Assembly (NCBI RefSeq): GCF_009914755.1
Contig: NC_060934.1
Length of the DNA: 64,000 nucleotides
Source: the human T2T-CHM13v2.0 reference genome, Homo sapiens
Direction: 5' to 3' (one strand)
The stretch's first letter is position 1; the number at the start of each line of letters is the position of its first letter. Below, piece by piece: positions 45,879 through 57,100 of this stretch. The notes beneath the pieces were generated by a model. That model was not told where the DNA came from and made no database searches. It worked only from the letters and a program-made list of their open reading frames with translations. The position numbers and the translations under genes were made by a program.

Positions 45879-48816
45879 ACACATAACTACTAACCTTAAA
45901 TGTAAATGGGCTAAATGTCCCAATTAAAAGACACAGAATGGCAAGCTGGATAAAGAACCAAGACCCATCGGCATGCTATCTTTAAGAGACCCATCTCACA
46001 TGGAAAGACACACATAGGCTCAAAATAAAGGGATGGAGGAAAATTTACCAAGAAATGGAAAACAGAAAAAAGCAGGGGTCACAATCCTAGTTTCTGACAA
46101 AACAGACTTTAAACCAACAAAGATCAAAAAAGCAAAGAAGAGCATTACATAATGGTAAAGAGTTCAATTCAACAAGAAGAGCTATCATAAATACATATGC
46201 ACCTAATACAAGGGCACCCAAATTCATAAAGCAAGTTCTTAGAGACCTTCAAAGAGACTTAGACTCCCACACAATAATATTAGGAGACTTTAACATCCCA
46301 CTGACAGTATTAGACAGATCATCAAAACAGAGAATTAACAAAGATATTCAGGGTCTGAACTTAGCTTTGGGTGAAGCGAACCTGGTAGATATCTACAGAA
46401 CTCTTCACCCAACAACAACAAAATACACAGTCTTCTCATTGCCACATGGCACTTACTCTAAAATTGATCACACAACCAGAAGTAAAAAACTCCTAGTAAA
46501 AGCAAAAGAACCGCAATCATAACAAACAATCTCTCAGACCACAGTGCAATCAAATTAGAACTCAAGACTAAGAAACTCACTCAAAACCACACAACTACAT
46601 GGAAATGGAATGACCTGGCACTGAATAAATAATAAAATTGTTTATAATTATTATCCTGAGTAAATAATGAAATGAAGGCAGAAATTAAGAAGTTCTTTGA
46701 AATTAATGAAAACAAAGAGACAATGTACCAGAATCCCTGGGATGCAGCTAAAGCACTGTTGGGCATTTGGCTCAAGCGATCCTCACATCACATCCTCACA
46801 TCACAACTAAAAGAACTAGAGAACCAAGAGCAAACAAACCCCAAAGCTAGCAGAAGACAAGAGATAACCAAGATCAGAGCAGAACTGAAGGAGATAGAGA
46901 CATGAAAAAACTGTTCAAAAAATCAACAAATCCAAGAGCTGCTTTTTTAAATCAATAAAATAGATAGACTGCTAGCTAGATTAATAAAGAAGAAAAGTGA
47001 GAAGAACCAAATAGACACAATCAGAAATGATAATGATGTGGGAGGGGGGCAGGAAAGTGCTGGGCAGAGAAAGGCATGTCCCTGACTAGAGCTTCACCTT
47101 CGGGGCTGTGCCCACAAACCTAGGTGAGGACAGCCACTCCTGCCAAATGTTGAATTTTCCAAGACCACCCTGGCCCACCACACCCCCATTCTGGGCCTAT
47201 AAAAAACCCAGAACCTAGCAGGCAGGGCAGACACACAAGAGGCTGGACATCGAGAGGAGCAGATTGGTGGAAGAAGATACAACTGGCTGGACGTTGAGAG
47301 GACATGGGCAGCACAACGACAGACACCGGCACCCCAGCAGGCCATCGACTGGTGGAACAACGTGGAGTTTGGCCAGGGAGGTTGAAGGAGAGCCTTGGGT
47401 CACTCAGTGGCCTGACTCCAGGGGAAAACCATCTCCCTTCTGGCTCCCCCATCTGCTGAAAGCTACTTCCACTCAGTAAAACTTTGCACTCATTCTCCAA
47501 GTCCAGGTGTTAGCCAATTCTTCCCGTACACCAAAACAAGAACCCAGAATACAGAAAGCCCTCTGTCCTTTCAACAAGGTAGAGGGTCTAATTAAGCTGG
47601 TTAACACAAGCCGCCTATAGATGGCAAACTGAAAGAGCACATGGTAGCACACGCCCACTGGGGCTTCAGGAGCTGTAAACATCCACTCCTAGACACTACC
47701 GTGGGGTCTCAGCCCCACAAGCTGCCCATCTGTATGCTTCCCTAGAGGTCTGAGCAGTGGGGCACCGAAGAAGCGAGCCACTCCCCCTGCTGCACACCCT
47801 GTGAGGGGGACATGGGAACCTTTCCCGTTTCAATAAGGGGGATATCACCACTGACCGCAAAGAAATACAAACAACTGTCAGAGAATAGTATAAATACCTC
47901 TATGCACATAAACTAACCAATCTATAATAAATGGATAAATTCCTGGACACATACACCCTCCCAAGACTGAACAAGGAAAAAATTGAATCCCTGAATAGAT
48001 CAATAACAAGTTCTGAAACTGAGGCAGTAATAAATTAAAAAAAAAAAAAGCTAGGACCAGATGGAATTATAGCTGAATTCTACCAGAGGTACACAGAAGA
48101 GCTGGTACCATTTTTATTGAAACTATTCCGAACAATTGACAAAGGACTCCTCCGTAACTCATTTTATGAGGCCAGCATCATCCTAATACTAAAACCTGGC
48201 AGAGATACAACAAAAAAAGAACACTTCAGGCCAATATACTTGATGAACATCAATGCAAAAATCCTCAATAAAATACCGGCCAACCAAATCCAGCAGCACA
48301 TCAAAAAGCTTATCCACCGTGATCAAGTTGGCTTCATCCCTGGGATGCAAGGTTGGTTCAACATATGCAAATCAATAAATATAATTCATCACATAAAGAT
48401 AACTAAAGAATCATGGTTATCTCAATAGATGCAGAAAAGGCCTTCGATAAAATTGAACATCCCGCCATGTTAAAAACTCTCAATAAACTAGATATTGAAG
48501 GAACATACCTAAAATAATAAGAGCCATATATGAAAAACCCACAGCCAATATCATAATGAATGGGCAAAAGCTGGAAGCATTCACCCTGAAAAATGGCACA
48601 AGACAAGGATGCCCTCTCTCACCACTCCTATTCAACATAATATTGGAAGTTCTGGCCAGGGCAGTCAGGCAGGAGAAAGAATTAAAGGGTATTCAAATAA
48701 GAAGAGAGGAAGTCACGTCATCTTTGTTTGCAGATGACATAATCCTATATCTAGAAAACCCCATTGTCTCAGCCCAAAAGCTTTTTAAGCTGACAACTTC
48801 AGCAAAATCTCAGGAT
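45879..48816 (+). mobile_element. L1PA ORF2 segment (endonuclease to RT), inverted relative to the 3' end
   Basis: Starts cacataac..taaccttaaatgtaaatgggctaaat (ORF2 N-terminus). ORFs show [34 protein letters not shown] and LFADD. Multiple stops and frameshifts. Confidence 0.93.
47034..47832 (+). mobile_element. ERV1 solo LTR (LTR27/LTR28/LTR1 group) inserted in L1 ORF2
   Basis: TG...CA ends (tgatgtggga...cccgtttca), 4-bp TSD ataa at 47030 and 47833, cctataaaaa TATA box at ~47198, agtaaa polyA-like signal at ~47475. Confidence 0.88.
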
Positions 48817-48817
48817 G

Positions 48818-49117
48818 TTTATTTATTTATTTATTTATTTATTTAGTGACAGAGTTTTGCTCTGTTGCCCAGGCTGGACTGCAGTGGCGAATGAGGCAAC
48901 CTCCTCCTCCCAGGCTTAAATGATCCTCCCACCTCAGCCTCCCGAGTAGCTGGAACCACAGGTGTACACCACCACACCCAGGTAATTTTTGTGCTTTTAG
49001 TAGAGACGGGGTTTCGCCTGTTGACCAGGCTCCTCTTGAACTCCTGGGCTCAAGTAATCCACTCACCTTGGCCTCCCAAAGTGCTGGGATTACAGGCATG
49101 AGTCATTGTGCCTGGCC
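48818..49117 (-). mobile_element. AluJ with (TAAA)n tail
   Basis: atgatcctcccacctcagcc, ctcctgggctcaag, followed by cagaaactattta (49118-49130). Confidence 0.9.
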
Positions 49118-49404
49118 CAGAAACTATTTAGACATTGTCTCCACTCTGAAGCTCATTCTGAGAAGAGCACAATCTTCAAAGAGAGAGAGAGGGAGACTTG
49201 GTTTCTGAACATATATGTTTTATGGTTTCAGTCTCTTGTTAGGTGCAACTCCTTGCCATTTGTCTGCATTTGTTGCTGCTGCATATTTATAGTGGTAACT
49301 TATTTTCTCTAGGCTGTTATTTAAATAATTAATGTGAATTTTTGTACCTTACCACCAAAAGGTCTTTGACTAAGACATCACTGTTTCAATTTAATTTTTG
49401 TCCC

Positions 49405-49500
49405 TTGCCCCTCCTTCCCTCCCTCCCATCTTCTTCCTTCTTTCTCTCCCTCCCTCCCTCCCTTCCTTCCTTCCTTCCATCCCTCTTTTTTTTTTCTTCC
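49405..49500. repeat. (CCTT)n/(CCCT)n polypyrimidine tract
   Basis: Seen directly. Confidence 0.85.
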
Positions 49501-50565
49501 TAGCAATCAATGTATCTTTCCTTCTTTCTTTTTTCTGAGAGAGTATTTGTCTCTGCATGTTTGCTTAAAGTAAACATAATATCTAAATATCATTATTTTG
49601 GAATTTTTCTTGGTGATAAAATGTTTTCCTCTTTTAAATGTTTGCTATCATCTATTAAAGTTTATTGCAATTATTTCTAACTTTGATCCATTTTTGCATC
49701 CTTGAAATGGATTCTATTTAGTAATATATTTTTAAAATTTTGCCTCTGTGTTTATAAGGTGTATATTTGTAGTTTTCTTTTTTCATGCTATCTTTACCAG
49801 TCATATGTTAACCTTGTAATATTCTTTGTAAAGTTTCTTATTTTAATATGGCCTTCCAATTATAAACAGCATTAAAAGTGTTAAATAACTCATCCAGAAA
49901 ACAGAATGGACCTATCCCTTTTAAGGGAGTGCTTTACTTTTTAATATCACTCACTTTATTTGATAGTTATTGTTTAATTGCCATTTTACAATACTGCATC
50001 AGCTGGAGAAATAACTAGATATCTAGAAAAGCATACACTTCATGTATTTAGTAAGGAAAAACTACAGACAATTGTATTTTCACCTCTGGACATATTCTGG
50101 GACAGTGGTTGGTAGCCAGGAAGGACTCTAGCTTCATCTATAATGTTTTAGGAGTTTAACTTCACCTATAATATTTTAAAGATTTTACATAAATTGCATC
50201 CATACAATTTTGGTATAATTAAAAATTATTTATTTTTAAATTGGAACTGATTAAAGGATTAAATTAAATATAATGAATATATGTTTCCCATATAATATTA
50301 TCTGTTTGAAAAATAAAAGAAGGATCTAAATCATAAAATAGAAAATATAAATAGAAATAAAATTAACATAATAATGATAGATGAAGAAATCAACAAAAAT
50401 TGTATTTTGGGTTATTAAAAATATTCAACTGAATATTTATGCTTTTACTAGAAAGAGTCACACAATATTACTCAAAAGCCAGTATTTCACAAGTTAATCT
50501 ATAATTTTACAATAATTTCAATAAAAATAATGCTTTTTGGGAGATAATAAAACCACTCTAAAGTT

Positions 50566-52389
50566 TTTCTTCCACCAACCTTGCAGCTTTTTAAGAGCAC
50601 TACCAAGAACCACCATTGGGGAAATGGTTCTTATTCATTGTTTCTGTTGGAATGTGGTCTTACTTTCTGGATTTTAGGAATTCAGGTTACTCAATATAAA
50701 ACTTTGAGAAATCAGTGTGACTTAGTCCTTCACCTTCTAATATAAAGTGAAGATTTCTTTACAGAAGAATTCATGTCCTTACTGTTAAAGATGTAATTTT
50801 ATTTTCAAAACATCCATAATATGGCTTTCAGAAGCGGTTCATTTTTCCAAGATTCCTCACATTATACTAGATAAATAATAGGCCCTCAGTTAATAATCTT
50901 GGGTTGATTGAATTAATCTAGTTTGCAGAGTGAGGTGTACCTACCAACTTTCGTCTGCTCCCAAGTGCACTCTGAGAAGTAAAATGCTCTGGGAAATGGA
51001 ACAAGAATTGAGTGGATGCTGACTCTGTGTGCCCACCTCCTCAATTGATTGATAATGGCTGACCTTGGGCAAGTCACTTCTTTCAATGCCTCAGTTCCCC
51101 ATCTGTCAAATGGGGGTAATAATACTGACCTACCTCACAGGGGTGTTGTTGTGAGGCACTGTAAATCAAGTTAATAGAATATTTTAGGGTCCTCTATGGA
51201 GGATGCCTTGAGCTGGAGTTTAAGCCTGACACACAGGCTTTGGTCCTCACTGAGCTGTCTCCAAGACTGGAACTACTTAGTGACTCGGCAAATTCTCTGC
51301 CCCCCACCCCTCATCAAAGCTGCTAGTTCAGATGTTGACAGTGTTTTCATGAATATTGGCATCTTACTAGTCCAGACTTAATTAGGATGTTGTTGGGGAA
51401 GGCATTTAAGATTTTCTATGTCTTGCAATCACAGAGGGAGGCCATTTCAGATTCAAGAACATTGGATTAGGGAATCGTGAGGCAGGGATGCTACTGCTTA
51501 TTTCTCTCTGCAGGTTGGGGATTAAAGTTCCATTCTCCATGGGTTTGAAGCAGACTCAGACTGTCTCAGGATCAAAGCAACCTTCAATGGTTTTGATTTA
51601 TGTCATTTCTTACCACCCCCCAAACTGATCCCAGGACAGCTGGGTGACTGTACCCCTTTGTGGTATCTGTACCCTCTCCTTCCTCATAGGGACCAGCTGA
51701 TTGAATAAATGTGACCACCTTGTTTCCACCCCCCTCAAAAAGCTACCTTGGAATTATTTTTCCTAGAAGTGTGTATAACACTCAGAATTGGGCATTGATC
51801 CTTAAAGCTTCATCCGATTCCCTGTATTCAGTATCTGTCATCTCTTTCTCAGTGTCTGCAGTCTGAACCTAACCTTGACCTTTTTTCCCTCTGGTTTGAG
51901 AAAACTTTGGACACTATTTCTACTTGCCCAGGTGTGGGCTCAAGAGCCTTACTCTTTCCATCTCAGTTTAGAGGCACAGCCAGCTTCTCTTCCCAATACA
52001 GCTCTTTCTCCTTTCTCTCTCCTTGGCCCTAGAATTGTAATCCATGAAAAAGCACAAGGTCCTGGCTCCTTGCAGTCACATTCTGGTTCTCTGTGTTTTG
52101 TGGACTCTGTTCTCACTGTTCACCCAGCACTGGCAGTACCAGACGGTTCTGAGGAGTCCTGGGGAATGGAGAGACCACAGTCTGACGTCCTGCCAAGTAG
52201 CCAGTAGTTTACTTGCCCATGGTCCGCTGGCTTTCCCACCACTTCCTACAGGATGGGATCTAAGAGACTCAAGAGCTGGATTTCTTTCAGCACTCTGTAC
52301 CATCCCGAGTAGCAGACAAATCACTTTGTAGCCAGATTTCTGAATGGAAATGTGGTTCTAATAAATGGTTGCTTTTCAAAAAAAAAAAA
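50566..52389 (+). pseudogene. 5'-truncated processed retrocopy of an mRNA 3' UTR (parent tentatively MLEC/malectin, from recall only)
   Basis: A non-L1 block, less AT-rich than its flanks, that interrupts colinear ancient L1 ORF2 sequence. AATAAA at 52360-52365, then 12 nt, then A12 (52378-52389). Contains a MIR at ~51057-51185. No TSD found. Confidence 0.65.
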
Positions 52390-53317
52390 TAAAGAAAATT
52401 ATAAAATAGAATGAAAGTACACTAAGACTGACACATATTACAGAGCATTTAAAAAGTACAGTTATTCAAATAGTTATGAGAGTGATTCCAAAAATCATAT
52501 CTTAGTGGATTTATTAAGAACATCTGGACTTATATTCTAGTTTATATAAGAAATATACAGAAGGGTGTTTCTTCTGTATATTTTTCTTGTGTATATCTAT
52601 ATCTTTCTTATGTATATTTCATATATTTGTCATTTATATTCCTTATATTAACTAGCATCTCATTTAATCTGTTTTGAACATATATTTAAAACAGAATGGA
52701 AGAATTACTTAGTAAATATTTAAGAAATTATGTTAAGATGACAGCCAGTTTATATTTTAAAAATACCAAAGTTACATTCTATCTCATAATTTACACCAAA
52801 TAATTCCATGTGTGTGTAAGTGCAGATGTGTTTCTGTGTGCATATGTACATATTAAAGATTTAAATTAAAAAAGATATGCCAGAAAAATGATAGTTTATT
52901 TCATTTGAGGATGGTAAAGTCTCATACCAAAGACCAAAACTACAAAAGAAAAAAACACACTGAAATACATAAACATTAAAACATGTCTTGGCTAATGCAT
53001 ACATAGAAGGAAAACGAGAAGCTGGGAGAAGGCATTTTTAGCATAACAAACACAGTTTTAAAATCCTAATCCCAATAAAAAATAAGATTTTATGTCCTTA
53101 AGCAAAATATACTTTGAAATGTAAAATTTGTACAAAAATGAAATACTACCTAGAGTTGAAACAAACTAACAAAAAAGTTTATTCTCATTAGTTATTGAAG
53201 AAATGCAAATTAAAGCAGCAAGAGGGTAACTTGTTATTTATTACCTAGCAAAGTTGGAAAAGAAGTCATAGCAGGCTGCCAGTTCCGCGGCTACACAGGA
53301 GTTTAGCTAAAGGAGAC

Positions 53318-53761
53318 TGTTAACAATTTGGATGTGTGTCCCTGTCCAAGTCTCATGTTGAAATGTAATCCCCAATGTTGGCGGTGGGGCCTGGTGCCAG
53401 GCGTTTGGGTCATCGGGGCAGATCCCTCCTGAGTGGCTTGAGCCATCCTCTTGGTGATGAGATCTCACCCTGAGTTCACAGACGATCTTGTCCATACACT
53501 TTTAAAGGACGAGATCTCCTGTGAACTCAGAGCGAGATCTCACTTAAAGCCTCTCTCTCTTGCTCCTGCCTTCACCCTGTGATGTCCTTCCTCACCCTTC
53601 ACCTTCTGCCACGATTGGAAGCTTCCTGAGGCCTCCTCAGAAGCAGATACCACGATGCTTCCTGTATAGCCTGCCGAATCACAAGGCAATTAAACTTACT
53701 TTCTTATAAATTACCCAGTCTCAGGTAATTCTTTACAGCAGTACAGGAATGGCGTAATACA
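53318..53761 (+). mobile_element. MST (MSTA/B-like) MaLR solo LTR with internal inverted duplication
   Basis: tctcatgttgaaatgtaatccccaatgttgg; gattggaagcttcctgaggcctc; ataaattacccagtctcaggta; taataca end. Confidence 0.9.
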
Positions 53762-53917
53762 GAGCTCTTCAGTCAGCCCTTTACAATGAGATTATTTCTC
53801 CAACCCATCTGAACTTTGGCAGGAAGAGAAGAGCCTCCAGGGATCCCCTGACCTGCCAGATTTACGTTAATAGTTAATACTGAATTGTATGCCTATTGCT
53901 TCATGAGGCAATGTAGG

Positions 53918-54115
53918 CCAAGGCTGCCCAGTAGAACTTGCTTCATTGATGGAGAATATGTTGCCCACTAGGGTAACCACTAGCCACATGTGGCTACTGA
54001 GCATGTGAGAGATGGATAGTGTGCTGAGGAACTGAATTTCTAATTTTATTTAATATTAATTTGTAATTAAACCCCACATGCGGCAAATGCTTACCATATT
54101 GGACAATGCAGCTCT
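53918..54115. mobile_element. MER3/MER33-like hAT-Charlie element
   Basis: ccactagccacatgtggctactgagca; ctgaggaactgaattt; accatattggacaatgcag. Confidence 0.75.
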
Positions 54116-57100
54116 AGGAAAATCCCATCGTGCCTCTCATGCTTACTTATTTCAGTCAGTACCAGATGTGTAAGTCTCTCAAGCTGCCCATCCACTACTT
54201 TCTTTGCACATAGCTAAGACAATGACTGCCCTTATTCTCCTCAAAGGCAAACTTCCCATGTGACCAGTGATGTCTTCCCTCTTGCTAACTCAAGGACTTG
54301 CCTCTCATGTTTTCTTTTCTTTCATCTACTTTGCATTCTCTTTTGGATGATTTGAATAAACACTTGCTAAGGTGTCATCCATCTTTAGGAAAAACTTGCC
54401 ACTGCCTATTTTCCATCCCTGAGCTCATGTCTGATTTTGTTGCTGTTGTTTTTATTTTTGCTCTTATCCAAGGCAAAATTTGATGACAGAGTTATGTATA
54501 ATAGCTCTGTCTACTTCCTGCACCTAATTCTTTATTTCCCTTCATTCCAGTAAAACTGTTGTTGACAAAATGTTGTATCCCCCGTATTACTAAACATATG
54601 GTTATTTCTTGTTCTTTTGATAGTGTGATATGAAATTTTAGAATGTGTTAAATAAAGATTATTAGACAGAAGACTTTTGTTGAATGGGATGATGTAATAA
54701 CATACAAGAAATAAAACCTATATTATTATTTCAAAAGATGCCAAGTAGTTCATATAATGGGAAAGATGAGTGAAATGTTTGCAGAGTGGCAAGATAAAAG
54801 CAAATTAAAATTTGCATATTTATTGATGCCAGTAAATAAGTAGAAAAATAAAATATGGATAATCATTAATGTTATTTCTACATATATATAAAAAGGAAAT
54901 TTAACATTAAATGGGATTGATAGGAATGCAAATATATTCGAACACAGTAGAATATGCAAATTACTGTGATTGGAAAAGTGGGAAATGAATAAATTGAAAT
55001 GGAACAATTTTGCAATGTAAGAGATGGGTATAAACATATTTGTACAACAAAGTATATTAAATAATAAACATTAAGTAAGAAGAGTAGAAATCCAAGTGTA
55101 TAAATTATCACAATACATGGGAAGAAGCTGAATTTAATCATCTCAAATGAGTTCAGATTGGATTAAATAATACTACGTGCTCCTTAGGAAAACTAGAAGA
55201 GTGTTAATATAATTGTTAGGTTATAAATGTTCAAAACTAGTATAAACAAAAATAAAATTACGGCATTAACATACATGTAATGCAAGTAGGATGCAAGAGC
55301 AAACATTTAAAATGGGGCAATAAAATATTCCTAAAATTAAAATATAAATTTTTGCTGTATGCAAGTTGTTCAAAGTACAGAAAATGGGCAGCAGTACCTA
55401 TCTACTTTCACAGGTTGTTATAACCCTCTTATAAAAGTGGAGACAGAGATAATACAAGAAGGAATCATTATTGGCCAGTTTCTCTTAAAAACATAGGTTA
55501 AAAAATTATAAATAAGATATTCACGAAAACAAGTAGTGTATTAAATTAATAATTTAGCTAAATAAGTTTAAGAATGTAATGATGATTCGACTTTAGAAAA
55601 TCTGTAATATTTCCTATATCTGCAATGACAAATAGAATAATATAATTTCAAGCACTTAGATGAAAGATGATAAATTCAAATGAGTATTTAAGAAGTACCA
55701 CTGCCTGTTTTTTGATAGGAAACTCTAGAACGCTTGGAATAAAACAGAACTTTGTTACCCTGATAATAGATAACCAATGAAAAATTATAGCAATCGTCAA
55801 ACTAGCAAAAATTAGATATATTCCATTAAATTCAACAATGCTCACCATTGTTACTACTTTTGCTGTTGTCCTAGTTAAAGTGATACAATAAGACAAATGA
55901 ATAGGAGTTATAAAATTCGAAAATAAAGAGGAAAAATATGTATTTTTGGCCTAATATATCTCTCTTCCTTTTTTTTTCTTAGAGTATGATTGTCTATAAA
56001 TTCCAAAAAAGTTAAAGGGAAACTATTAGAAACAATAGAAGTTCCGTCAGATGGTCACATAAAAGATTAACATACAAAATCAATATTATATTTTCTATAC
56101 GACATAAATAATTATGGTTTTTTCTATAGAAAAGGATCACATTGAAGACCTATTGATACAAACATTGAAGAAAATATGAATAATTTCATAATGTATTCAT
56201 AAATGAGAGGTCTGAGTCTCAATATTTACAAAGTTGAACCTTAAACTTACCAATAATCAAAATAAATCAACTAATAAACATGTGGGAGTTTTTTTTTCAA
56301 GAAACTTGATAGACTGATTTTAGAATTCACAAAAATAGACTAAATGCAAGACTAGTCAAAACAATTCTGCCAAGAAACAACGAAAGGCGTCTTACACTAC
56401 CAGTAATTAATACATGTTTACTGCTTCCACTTTGAGATAATGGAATAACTTGAATTTGGAAAAGACTCACAGAAAAACAATGCAAAATGAAACAAATAAG
56501 TTGTAAAAAAGAATCTGTTTGATGATTAGTGAGTCCCTGAGGCAACCAGGATTTGAGGATTCAAGATTCCTAAGAGAAGGGAACTACAGAAAGATGAGAT
56601 AGCAGTCTTTAAGCATCTTTCCTTAGAAAAGTTTGACAGTTTTTGCTTTGATACAAGAGGCTGCAAATCAAGCAGATGGCTTGGACCAGGAGACAAAGAT
56701 ATCTGGAAGTCCTCCATGGCTAGAGATTTGAAATTTCAAGTTTGGGACTGTTCATAAAAGTAAGTTCTTGAAGATCCAAGTTCTTAGAAAGTAGGGAGGA
56801 GCAAAGAAGCAAGCCTAACACTCTAATAGTTTTAGCTTGAGGCAGTTGTTACATTTTTTAAACTGCGAAGGCCAAAAGACTAAGAAGAGAGATGGAAAAC
56901 TGTTGAAAACCAGAGTAGAATTTTAGCAGTATCCGAATGTCAAGCAAACAAAAGTTGCAGTTCAGGACCTACAAGAAAGTGGGATCACAGTAAATTTTAC
57001 AAGTTCCCCATTGTGATCTGTGAAGTCTTCATCCTAAAATTAAGTGCAAAGCACCTATATACTGAAACTCAAAAATTCTGCACTTCAGCTAGATGAAAAG

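Noticed and set aside
45879-48816. Active L1 ORF2
   Set aside because: It is truncated, inverted and LTR-interrupted, with many stops and frameshifts.
51875-52331. ORFs within the putative retrocopy
   Set aside because: No recognisable protein, and the position next to the polyA signal fits 3' UTR.
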